Source: a virus
IMG/VR virus record: IMGVR_UViG_3300011339_000793
Span: 1-64,000 of that record
Reading direction: 5' to 3' (one strand)
Length of the DNA: 64,000 nucleotides
Shown here: piece after piece, positions 52,007 through 62,200 of the stretch
Position numbering within the stretch: position 1 is the first letter of the stretch
Layout: each line of letters starts with the position of its first letter
Notes under the pieces: model-generated
Database searches by the model: none
What the model was told of the DNA's origin: nothing
The model's input: only the letters and a program-made list of their open reading frames with translations
Program-made: the position numbers and the translations under genes

Positions 52007-52110
52007 TACTGTCCCTCCTCCGGGCCAGTCACGACAGGAAAAATCCTGTCTCGCTTATCAATAGAGGCCGAGGGACTCACAAACGCATTAAATGCGTGGA
52101 GGCACTCCAC
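52007..52110 (-). promoter_or_regulatory. Structured 5' leader of the major capsid gene
   Basis: Hairpins GUGGAG/CUCCAC, ACGCAU/AUGCGU and GACAGGA/UCCUGUC; long-range GUCCCUC/GAGGGAC pairing covers part of the SD. Candidate -10 TAATAT at 52121-52126. Confidence 0.55.
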
Positions 52111-52174
52111 CTGATATCGAATATTACATTACTTTTTATAGGGTGATTTGTTCCTTGTACGATTTTTTCACTAC

Positions 52175-55100
52175 TTAGGTAAGTAAGCGAAGCAACTTAG
52201 ACATATGACTAGATATCTCAGATTGGTTGTAATAGTCGCCTCCAGCCATAAAAGACTTGAGGTCTTTTGTGGCTATATCAGCGTCTTCTTTGCCAATCTT
52301 CTCTTCAACTCTTTTTATCATATCTTCCATCAGGCTTTTGAGAGCAGGTGGAATATCGCTAAATCGAATCTTTTCAGCGTCAGCGCCGAAGGCAAAAGGC
52401 AAGTTAGCAATAACTTTTCCAAGTTCGCCAGCAGATGTTCTGATGTTTTCTAAACTGTCAGGGTTTAGCGCATTACTATCCAAGCGGTCAATAATGCTAA
52501 GCAAATCGCCAGCGGCTTTTGCAGCCCCAGCGTAATTGCCAGCATTATCTAAGTTCTCTGCTTCTTCTATTTTTTGTATTACATTGTCAGAGCCAGACAC
52601 ACCTAAATTTGTTTTCAGCCGAGCGAGCACTTGCCGAAACTTGCCAGAGGCATCTCTAGGTTGTGTCTTTCCAGGTACATATTTTGCTCTGGTTTCATCA
52701 TTCATTTGCTCACTCTTAGCGACTTTTTTTAGTGCATCTAACTCTTGAGGGGTCATACCGTCTAAAGGCTCGGTTGCATCAATAAACTCTGTTTCAGCAA
52801 AATCAAATGCAGAAAACTCAGAGAAAGACGCTTCATCTAAATCATTTCCCTCAACTAAAAGAATAATGATTTCTTCTTCAGGCTCCCAGTTTCCATCATG
52901 TGAATTATCTGGTTCAACAATAATTTCATTGACATCTTTTGCCATATCTTCCTCAGTAACCTGAGTAGTAAAAGTGCCTAAAAGTTCATCAATTTCCGCA
53001 AAAGATTTACGCTCTTTATCCATCTTTGCGTGTGTTGACGTATAGAAACCAAGCGCTTCCTTATGACGTAGTTGGCAATATCCCTTAGAACGAGTTCCAA
53101 GATACTTTGACAAATACTTTACACAGCGCTTCCAGTCACCAGATTGTCCCCAGCGAATCTTTGCGGCTCCTTCACCTCTTGTCCAGTAGCGACGAAGCCT
53201 TTCAGCGTTTCCCCGGTTACGGTCCAACCCACCAGCAGCAATTTGTGTCTCAACAATTTCTGATGTAGCAGATGCGGTTGTTCCGCCTTTAGTCCAGGTA
53301 TCTGGAATGATGTCATCGCGTTCTAACATACGAGCCATCTTCATAATATGACGACGAACGAGACCGCGCTTGCCTGGCTTTGAACGACCATAAGCGTGAA
53401 CAGCATTCTTCAAATCACCAATATTACGAATAGGGAAAGAACCATCTGGAAGCGCTCTTCCTTCATCAGCAAGTTTCATACGTTTTTCACGAGAAATTAC
53501 AGCCAACTCTGACTCTGTATCGTCAAACGTTTGTTGCATATAGGCAACATCTTCATCACGCATTTTACGGAACCGTGAAGAAAGTTCCTCTGCTTTGATT
53601 GCTGCTGTCATTGCTACCATACGACTTCTAGCGTCCTGTGCTGCGGCAACTACAGGTGCTTCTAACTTACCAACTCGTTCGTTAAGTTCACGAAGTGGGT
53701 CGCTCTTGAGTTGCGCAAGGACACTTGCACCTGCTGCGACCAAAGCCATTACCTGACCTGATGCAACGCGAGCACGAGCGATTGGGAATCCTGGAACGTT
53801 TACTTGGCAGACAGCAACAAGTTCTAATGAACCCTTGATTGGGCGCCAGTCACCAGAAGGTGCTGAGGCACGAAGAGAGCGAATTTGTTCTGGAGTTGTT
53901 CCTGGACGAAGTGCTCCGGCAACCCAGATACCATAGGCATCTTCGCCAGCATGAACATCTGCAATAGCAGACGCTGTATCGTCATAGTGACGAACTGCTT
54001 CAGAAGCAGATGCTTCTAGTGTCGCATGGCCTCCCGCTAAAGTTAGTTGTCCTACTGGAACATCAGTGTTCTCTAATGTCCGAACTACTCCTGTGTGGAA
54101 GTAAGCATAATTTGATTTACTGCGTGGTGGTTTTGTCCCGAAAGCCATACCAATATGGTCAACGTGCCAAGCAGCAATGTGCCCGAAAACTTGACCCTCA
54201 TCTGTTACCGTGAGAGCAGTTGGTTTTTTAAGTTTTTGATTATCAAACCACTCTTTAGGCGGAGTAACTGGAATTGCTCCAGCAACTATCCCGCACGCCA
54301 CGAGTGCAGATGCATCTAGCGGATTTACGCCATCTACATACACTCCATCTTGAATCACTTGCTTCTCCTCCTGCTCAGCCGCTGGGTCTGTAAGAGTAAT
54401 TTTACATTCCTGAAAAGCGGGTTTAGGGACAAGAGTTACTGCCATAACTCTCGCCTTTGATATATTCATTTTACCGCCTCCGACCTTACTGTCAGAGTCT
54501 TCCTTCGAGGCTTCTTCATCTTCTTTTGCCTCAAACATATCCATATCAGCAGAGACCCCTCGGATAAACCCTCCTCGGACTAAACGCTCTGCTTCTTTTC
54601 CATACTCACCGGAATCAAAGAATCCGCTGGCATTTCCAATACCTTCATCAGTTCTTAGCATCTTAGTTATTTTTCCAACAACAACTGACCCAGAATGTCC
54701 TTCTCCAGTTTTGATTTGCCACAAAAGAGGTAGAGGAAGTTCTCTCATTGTTATAGAGCCTTTATTAAACTTTCTTCCGTCTCCTGATTCAATTCCTTCT
54801 GGAATAACCAAAGGAATAAAAAACTCTGCTCCATTTGTAGACTCTTCAGAGGCATCAGCGGTGAGACCATAGACTCTTGATTTAGCCTCAGCCATTTGTG
54901 CTTTTATAAGTGATTGTGCAATTACAGCATTTGAAGGAATAATAAAATCGCTAGAGAAAGCATCAGCCTTCATACCTTTTCTTCCATACTTTTGACGATG
55001 CTCTTTGTCACCAGTCCATAGACCAGTGGCTTCTTTATGACGCAAAGCGCAATAACCTTTAGAGCGAGGCCCCATATATTTAGAAAGTTGACGGACACAG

Positions 55101-58084
55101 CGGGTCCAGTCTCCTGGAGTGTTCCAACGAATCTTTGCCGCGCCTCTTCCATATAACCAATAACGACGAAGTTCTTCAGCGTTTCCTCTGTTCTTATCTG
55201 CGCCACCTGCAGCCATCAACGCAAGAACTGCTAACTCAAAAGAGTATCCAGAAGCAGTTGTTGCTGCAGCATCAATCTGAGACATAACTACTGCAAGTAC
55301 TTCGTCATCTAAAACAACCATTGGTGGTGGAGTAGGACTCTTGATGTCGTTTAGAACAGTTTCATCTTTTTCCCAAACACCTGGCTTGCGTATGTAAGTC
55401 ATTGGCTCGGTAGACTCGGAAGATGCAGGAATAAGTGAAACTAAATCCATAACTGCCTGAGGGTCATCTGGAGAAACAATTGCCATATAAATAGGAGGAA
55501 CATCAGAAGTTTCTGGAGTAAGTTCTACTTCACCTTCTACTGATGCTACAAACCCTGAAGCATTAACGCCTTTAGTATTTCTTGCCCAAGAACCATCTTC
55601 CTGCATTGTAAATCCTGGAGCAACTACAGTATCTTTTTCACCATACCAAGTTGACTTACCATCTGAATATTTTGTGCGAACTCTGTTAGTAACACTGTCT
55701 GTAAATGTTTCTACAGCCTTACCTACCTGACCGTTAGGTCCAGTCTTAGAACTATCGTATGAGCCCTTAGGTGGATTCTTAGGGTCGTTAGGTCCTATAG
55801 AGCCATCTTCATAAAGTTTGAATCCCTTAGGAACAACTGTTCCTCTTTGTCCAAACCACTTAGAGCCATCAGCGCCTTTATATTCTGTAGTTTCTTTTCC
55901 AGCATCATCTGTAAACTTGTTAACAACAGTGCCAATCTCGCCCTTGTCATTAATAGAACCAACTGATTCTCCTGGGTAGATTGTTGTAGGTGTTTTTCCG
56001 CCAGTTTTATAACCAGTAGCAGGCACATCTACATAAGTTCCTTTTATTGGAGTTCCATCTTTATCTGTTTGAACAGGATATCCATTTATATTCTTTGTAT
56101 AAGTAGGAGCGTTTTTAGTTCCGCCAGGGGTAACACCATTATTTGCCGCAGGTTTTGTTGTTGTTGTTCCTTGTTTTGCTGAAACAGCGGGTGTGGTTGT
56201 TGTTTTTGCTTTTGAACTAGAAGGAGGAGCGTAAGGAGCGTTCGGCGCCTTATTCATCCAATCAGGGTCATCACTTTCAACATCAGCAGCAGGTTTTGAT
56301 TTATAGGCTTCTACGTTTTGTTCATTTCTCAAACTTGGCATAAAGAATCTAGCGTTTGGAGAGTAGGTGCTTCCGTCAGGACGCTTTACTGTTTTTTGTA
56401 AAAAATCACGCAGTAGAGGGTCATTGTAAGCATTTGCACTCTTGTAACCTAAAAGTTCGTTTGTTGCTTTTTGAATAGCATCTTGCACTGCATCACCTGA
56501 CGAAGTTGGCGCTGGTGCTTGAGCAGGAGTCTTAGGTGCAGTTAGGTTTGAAGAACGAGCATCTGTAACCCAAGGGGAATAGTCCTCTGTAAGAATCTGA
56601 GCCTTACTGCTTCCTATCTGAGGTAAACGGTCTGGCAAAGTTACAGAAGCACTATCAATCGGAACTCTAGGTTCACCAAGAATTCCTTGAGTAAGATTTC
56701 TAGGAGTTCGTGTGCTCCTCATAGGAATTGGCTTAAAAGTATCTAAAGACTCTGTAGTATTTGCAGGAACATCAATATCATTACCGTTAGCAAGTTTTAC
56801 TTTTACAGTTTGATTTGCTGGGTTTACAGATTGAATTGTTCCTGTGTATGCAGGATTACCACCAATAACAACTTTTCCTCCAGACTTCGCAAACATTCCA
56901 CTCTTATCACGAACTTGAGATGAAGCCAACTTAGAGCGCTCATCTGGTGTGTAGTTTCCATCTCGATTTGTTGGACCATCTGCTGGCTTTGTAGAATCTA
57001 ATCCACCCTCACCTGCTGCAACTACTGGACCCTCAATGAAGTCCATATATTCTGCATACTTTGGATACTCGTCTTCATAATCATAAGAAACAGAATCAAC
57101 TAACTCCCAGTCAACTCCATCCATCTCGTCAAGGAAGAGTCTTGATTCGCTAGGATTTATTTTTTCCATTGAAACTGTTTTTTCTGGGTTACCATCAAAT
57201 AATCCAGAAACAGCAATAGCGGTTTCTACATCTACAGGAATGTGAATCTTTGGACAAGTGTCATAAGGTTCGTCAAGAGAACGGTCATATGTTTCAAAGT
57301 CGTGGTTAATATTTCCTAAATCTTCCCACATAGCGTCGTCCCAGACGTATACGGTTCCATCTGAATTTGTTTTATATAGACGGTCAATTCCTGTTCCATC
57401 TAATCTAACTCTAATAAAAAATTCTGGAGCAAGATTCTCTGGTAGAGACTCTGCTTCTATAAAAGAAGACAGTTGCGCTTGCTCTGGGTTCTCATACTCG
57501 GACATAACAAAGTTATAAGATGCTGTTATAGAGTTCTGTTGAGCCTTTTTGTTTTCACGATTGACAATAGTATTAGCCCAAGAGTTAGCAGAGTCTCCGC
57601 CCCAAAGTGCCCAAGCAATTCTGCCGTTTGATGGATAGTTTTTTTCTCCTGGCTGATAGCCAGTTCCCTTTTTATCTACTTCGTGACGAGGAAAATACTT
57701 TGCGATATGACGAATTTTACGAATACCAATTTGTCCCCCTCTAGCCAACGTGCGGGCAGTGTTTAGCCCTACTGCTGTTCCGCCACGCTTTTCTTCTTTA
57801 CGCCATTCAAGACCGCGTTTTGCTTCTGCTACAACTGATTTTGGAATTGTATATAAGCGGTCATTGTTTGAGAAAACTTTGATATCTAAATCAGTAGCCG
57901 CGGCAACAGCAAGTTCGTATGGAACTGATTCAGGGTTGGTCTGGTCGCCCTCTGGAGTGAAAGAAGCAACTAGTGGTTCGGCTTGGTCAATTGCCAAAAC
58001 TAACTTTTTAGACTCGTCAATAAGGATTGCCTTATCTTCGATACTAAAAAGAACCTGATTACCACTACGACCTATAAATTGCAT
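52175..58084 (-). CDS. Multidomain capsid maturation (prohead) serine protease, 1969 aa
   Basis: Protease core (IPEGIESGDGR..EGHSGSVVVG..FIRGVSAD) plus a cluster-B-like GQVFGHIAAW..SGDWR..NVPGFP region; DUF6582-like ALPDGSFPI; two KIRW..GDW.RCV..GYC..RH repeats; position directly upstream of the capsid gene. Confidence 0.85.
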   Translation of the reverse strand: MQFIGRSGNQVLFSIEDKAILIDESKKLVLAIDQAEPLVASFTPEGDQTNPESVPYELAVAAATDLDIKVFSNNDRLYTIPKSVVAEAKRGLEWRKEEKRGGTAVGLNTARTLARGGQIGIRKIRHIAKYFPRHEVDKKGTGYQPGEKNYPSNGRIAWALWGGDSANSWANTIVNRENKKAQQNSITASYNFVMSEYENPEQAQLSSFIEAESLPENLAPEFFIRVRLDGTGIDRLYKTNSDGTVYVWDDAMWEDLGNINHDFETYDRSLDEPYDTCPKIHIPVDVETAIAVSGLFDGNPEKTVSMEKINPSESRLFLDEMDGVDWELVDSVSYDYEDEYPKYAEYMDFIEGPVVAAGEGGLDSTKPADGPTNRDGNYTPDERSKLASSQVRDKSGMFAKSGGKVVIGGNPAYTGTIQSVNPANQTVKVKLANGNDIDVPANTTESLDTFKPIPMRSTRTPRNLTQGILGEPRVPIDSASVTLPDRLPQIGSSKAQILTEDYSPWVTDARSSNLTAPKTPAQAPAPTSSGDAVQDAIQKATNELLGYKSANAYNDPLLRDFLQKTVKRPDGSTYSPNARFFMPSLRNEQNVEAYKSKPAADVESDDPDWMNKAPNAPYAPPSSSKAKTTTTPAVSAKQGTTTTKPAANNGVTPGGTKNAPTYTKNINGYPVQTDKDGTPIKGTYVDVPATGYKTGGKTPTTIYPGESVGSINDKGEIGTVVNKFTDDAGKETTEYKGADGSKWFGQRGTVVPKGFKLYEDGSIGPNDPKNPPKGSYDSSKTGPNGQVGKAVETFTDSVTNRVRTKYSDGKSTWYGEKDTVVAPGFTMQEDGSWARNTKGVNASGFVASVEGEVELTPETSDVPPIYMAIVSPDDPQAVMDLVSLIPASSESTEPMTYIRKPGVWEKDETVLNDIKSPTPPPMVVLDDEVLAVVMSQIDAAATTASGYSFELAVLALMAAGGADKNRGNAEELRRYWLYGRGAAKIRWNTPGDWTRCVRQLSKYMGPRSKGYCALRHKEATGLWTGDKEHRQKYGRKGMKADAFSSDFIIPSNAVIAQSLIKAQMAEAKSRVYGLTADASEESTNGAEFFIPLVIPEGIESGDGRKFNKGSITMRELPLPLLWQIKTGEGHSGSVVVGKITKMLRTDEGIGNASGFFDSGEYGKEAERLVRGGFIRGVSADMDMFEAKEDEEASKEDSDSKVGGGKMNISKARVMAVTLVPKPAFQECKITLTDPAAEQEEKQVIQDGVYVDGVNPLDASALVACGIVAGAIPVTPPKEWFDNQKLKKPTALTVTDEGQVFGHIAAWHVDHIGMAFGTKPPRSKSNYAYFHTGVVRTLENTDVPVGQLTLAGGHATLEASASEAVRHYDDTASAIADVHAGEDAYGIWVAGALRPGTTPEQIRSLRASAPSGDWRPIKGSLELVAVCQVNVPGFPIARARVASGQVMALVAAGASVLAQLKSDPLRELNERVGKLEAPVVAAAQDARSRMVAMTAAIKAEELSSRFRKMRDEDVAYMQQTFDDTESELAVISREKRMKLADEGRALPDGSFPIRNIGDLKNAVHAYGRSKPGKRGLVRRHIMKMARMLERDDIIPDTWTKGGTTASATSEIVETQIAAGGLDRNRGNAERLRRYWTRGEGAAKIRWGQSGDWKRCVKYLSKYLGTRSKGYCQLRHKEALGFYTSTHAKMDKERKSFAEIDELLGTFTTQVTEEDMAKDVNEIIVEPDNSHDGNWEPEEEIIILLVEGNDLDEASFSEFSAFDFAETEFIDATEPLDGMTPQELDALKKVAKSEQMNDETRAKYVPGKTQPRDASGKFRQVLARLKTNLGVSGSDNVIQKIEEAENLDNAGNYAGAAKAAGDLLSIIDRLDSNALNPDSLENIRTSAGELGKVIANLPFAFGADAEKIRFSDIPPALKSLMEDMIKRVEEKIGKEDADIATKDLKSFMAGGDYYNQSEISSHMSKLLRLLT

Positions 58085-58088
58085 GGCA

Positions 58089-58397
58089 TTACTCCCAGTC
58101 TTCCGGTCCCGTAGACTCGTACTCTAAAACCTCTGAAACAGGAATAATCTCATCGAGTTCTTCTGCTTCGTCGTAAACGGAAATAAAGGCGGGGTCTACA
58201 TATATAAGTATTAAATCATCTAAATTAATATCGTATTCGTCTTCTGGAGACAATATTTGCTTCCAGTCGCCCTCGTGTCTGTAGAACATACCATCTTCAT
58301 CTGCATCATAAAGAAATATGACTACTTCATCTAGGTCGCCGTCGCAGAAAACCATCAAATCTTCTGCACTATTAGGTTTGTTTGGTGAAAATGCCAT
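58089..58397 (-). CDS. Small acidic hypothetical head-region protein
   Basis: 102 aa; DGMFYRHEGDW; AAGGAG RBS. Confidence 0.7.
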   Translation of the reverse strand: MAFSPNKPNSAEDLMVFCDGDLDEVVIFLYDADEDGMFYRHEGDWKQILSPEDEYDINLDDLILIYVDPAFISVYDEAEELDEIIPVSEVLEYESTGPEDWE

Positions 58398-58399
58398 GA

Positions 58400-59206
58400 C
58401 TACTCCTTATTCTTACTGTCATCAATTGGACCACCTGTAACCCAAGCGTTACAAGTCCTGGAAGCGGCACATTTGAAATCAAATGCTTCGCAGTAACCAA
58501 GTTCAGCGGCATTAATTGCGTCCCAGGCGTTTTCGTTGCCAGAGCCTCCTTGCTCAATGCCTTGAGCGATACAGTTTTTCATTTCAGTAGTAGTTATAAA
58601 CATTACGCAGTTTCCGCAAAGAGACTTCTTTGCTTCCTCCGTCGAGACAGACCAACGAGTCGCTTTTTCTTGCCAAAACTCTTCGTTTGGTTCTGCAGGA
58701 TTTAGTGGACCATAGGCTGCATCTTTAATTGCTTTTTCTCTGTTAGTTAGATTCACTACGATGTCCTGTGTTGCTGGAGGGCAGGCACCAGCCGCTGCTG
58801 TCACAGCCTCGTCTTCGTCTTCAAGGAAAACTTCAAAGCCATCATCCTCAGACCCAATGTCATCTAAATCATCTCTAATTTCTTTTGCTTCAACTAACAG
58901 TTTTTCTTCAGCAGAAATTGCTGCAGAAACATCCGTATAGTCTTCAACAACTACCGTGTCCCCCTTTATTCTGTAGTAAGCAATTTCTGCCCACTCTTTA
59001 GGAGTTGTAGGTGTCTCTTCTGCCCAAAGTGATTCTTTCATATCCAAAATTCTTTGGTCATCAAGGCCAAGAACCTCCGCGTCCTTAGCAAAAACATATT
59101 TAGCAGATTTTTCATCAGCAACTATTGACATAAAATGATTTTCTTCAAACTCTTTTCCAGTTCCGAAGTCGTCATCGTTATATACTCTATAAACTAATAC
59201 TGCCAT
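58400..59206 (-). CDS. Hypothetical head-region protein with Cys-rich C-terminal domain
   Basis: CPPATQD..YGPLNP..FW..CGNC..GYCEAFDFKCAASRTCNAW.GGP; GGAGA RBS. Confidence 0.75.
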   Translation of the reverse strand: MAVLVYRVYNDDDFGTGKEFEENHFMSIVADEKSAKYVFAKDAEVLGLDDQRILDMKESLWAEETPTTPKEWAEIAYYRIKGDTVVVEDYTDVSAAISAEEKLLVEAKEIRDDLDDIGSEDDGFEVFLEDEDEAVTAAAGACPPATQDIVVNLTNREKAIKDAAYGPLNPAEPNEEFWQEKATRWSVSTEEAKKSLCGNCVMFITTTEMKNCIAQGIEQGGSGNENAWDAINAAELGYCEAFDFKCAASRTCNAWVTGGPIDDSKNKE

Positions 59207-59209
59207 TTT

Positions 59210-62200
59210 TTATCTCCAGTCCTGAGCGTCTTTTGCCAAAAGTTCTTCTAGTCTCTTGACTAAAATATCTATTTCTGGTGCAGCACCGACAGGATACTCT
59301 CTACGAAGTGCTTGTAGTGCTTGTTGACCACCGCGTTGTATCATTTCATAAAATGCTTCTGGACCCACTTCGTTCTTCAACAATCCTGGAAGAGGGTTGC
59401 GTCCTTTATTTTTCATAATAAAGTCGTATGCAGATGCAGCATTTGCAGGGTTATCCCAAACCTTGCCAAGACCTTGGTCAAAGATTAGGGCCAATACTTT
59501 TCCTTCATCTCCAACTTCTACATTTTTGTTGTCATCTCTAGCACCCTGCCAGTTATTCATATGCCTATCGTCATTATGAATAAGAGCATCAACCATTACC
59601 ATTCCTAATATTTGATGAACTTGTCCCTTTTCTAGGAAAGGAGATGCGCCACCATAAAGTTCGTGTGCTTGTTTAGGTGCTTTAGCCAAAGCAAGATTTG
59701 TTCCTGCTTCGCCTGTAATAACTACACGATTGTTTGAGTTATGTCTGATTGCTGGATACGCTCCAAGAACACCAAAAGCCCGTAGGAACGCTGCTCCTGC
59801 CATTTCAGAATCAACCTGCTCTTTTCCTTCATCTTGTTTATAGAAAAATACTTGACCAGACTCTTCGTCAACTATCTTGTATATCTGATTATCGCCTCTA
59901 CGTCCTCCGCCAGAGTCGCCAATTCTCATAACAATCCACTTTTTACCAGCAAAATCTAAGGACCCAGTTATTCCTTTTCTAGGAGCAACTTTTTCTAATT
60001 GTTTTATATCTAAATCAGCAAGAAGTCCACCTATGCCTATTTCTTTTTCGTTTGGTTCATATGCCAAACGTTCTTCCATAAGTTTGAAGTTCAGGTCAAT
60101 AAGATTTTTTATTTCTCGGGCTTCGTCTGAAGATTTCTGTCCCTTAATTTTTTCTCCAATTGCTGCAGCCAATAGAACTCTTGCTCTAGGGCTTAGTGCT
60201 GCTAATGGCTTAGGTTGTCCGTCACTAAAGAATGCACGAATCTCTTCTTTCTCTGCATCTCCTCTAACACCTTTTCTTTCGAGTGCAGCCCAGAAATTTG
60301 CATCCTTTACAATTACATTTTGCCAGAAAGGAGATAACTCCGCTGGGTTTTCGTTATTGTTTTTTCTTCCTTCTGCTACCTGAATAGGGTCTAAGTCTTT
60401 TGGACCTTTCCAATCCTTGACTGGCATAGCAGGTCTAGGAATTGCTGGAATACCGTCTACTTCAGACTTAATTTTTTCTAAATCATTAACGATGTCGTTA
60501 TACTTGCCTCCTGCCCTATTTGACAGTCTTCTTATTGCTCTATCAATTTGACGCTCGAAGAGGTCTTTGTCGTTATCTTTGAGTGCTTTATAAGCAGCAT
60601 TTACTGCGCGAATTCCATCTGCTTCAGTGCCCCAAACATCTTTAATTTTTGGAAGTTGTTTTTTAACAAATCCAAGTTCCTGTGCTGCCTTTACAAAATT
60701 AGGCGCTCCCGCAGGAGTTGGTGTTGGGGTTGGAGTAGGTGCAGTAGGTTTAGGAACAACAGTTCTTCCTGACCCTCCGCTTGGCACAGGGTTTTCTTTA
60801 CTTGGAACTCTGTAGATGCCATCAATCTGAGCATCTGCTTTCCAAGGCTTGTAAGTGTATTGTGCGCCACCTCTGTATTGAACCTTAACTTGAACTCTAT
60901 TTCCTATAGGTGTGAGTTCTATAATTCTTCCAATGTTTCCATTGCGTGTTATAACGAAGTCGCCAATTTTTAGGTCTTTAACCTTTACAGAGACTTTTAC
61001 TCCATTGTCTCTTACATATTGACCGCCCTCTTTCATAAACTTATCTTCTACTTCTTTTTCAGAAGGAAGAGCAACGTTATCTAGGTTAGGAATAGCACCA
61101 TCATTCATAGCCTCATCGCCAGCGGCGGCCTGTTGAATATAGTCCCCAGCACGAGCAAGTTCTACACGAGCGTTTTGTTCATTTTTATCTCTAACAACTA
61201 TTTGAATATTGCCGTTTTGTTTATTAATAACAGCGCCTTCATATACACCATTAATTTTTATCAAACTAAGTTCGAACTGTCCACCATTCAAATCTTTTAC
61301 GGTCTTTTTAACAATATCTTCTGGCATACCGATAGGGCCAGCATCAATTGGTTTTGGTAGAGGTTTTTGGTCATAGCCGTTAAGCCACGCCATCATTATG
61401 TCTAGACGGTCTTTATCGGTCCCAGGCATATTAAATATGTCCATGTCATTTGCCGGGTCCCTACCTTCTCCTCTTTCAAAAGCCTTACGACCCATCTCTC
61501 GGGCGTTTTCTTTCTTTTCTTCTAAATTTTTACCTTGAACTTTGTCAGGCAAACGAACCCCTGGGTTTTCAATTGCTTTTTGAATCTCACGGTCAAGTAA
61601 ATCTTTGTCACTATCTTTAAGTGCTTCAGGGGCTTTAGCAGCAGGAGCAGGTGCTTCAGGGCTAGTCCAGTTATCTACTCCAGCACCTCTACGATTTGGC
61701 TTTGCTGCGCCACCCTTCCATTTCCTACCGTCTTCTAGGTTGGCAAGAACATCATCAGGATTATCGTTGATAAGAATTAAGTTATCAGCAACGACCATTC
61801 GTCCACCTTGATTGATTTGACCAAAGACATCTTCGTTTTCCCATTGGACAAACACATTGTCAAGATGAACTTTTCCAGCACGCGGAGCACCGCCAACTTT
61901 CTTTCCTTCATTTACTTGGTCACCAACACGACGCTTAACAATTCCTCGTCCGAACTTTCCTGCTCTCTTAGGGTCACGGAAAATAACAACATCGCCAACC
62001 AGCACTGGTTCGCCATTTGCATCTTTGAATAGACCTCTATCTTTGTTTTTAGCAGCCTGTACACGACCTTCACGAACTACTACTCTCTCGAGAGGGTCTT
62101 GACGGCGAATGTCAGGTCGCTTTGCTCTTCCACGAGGCTTTCCTACTGGGAACTTCTCGACAGGTCCATCTCCTTCGATACGGCGGACAAACTCTAAAGG

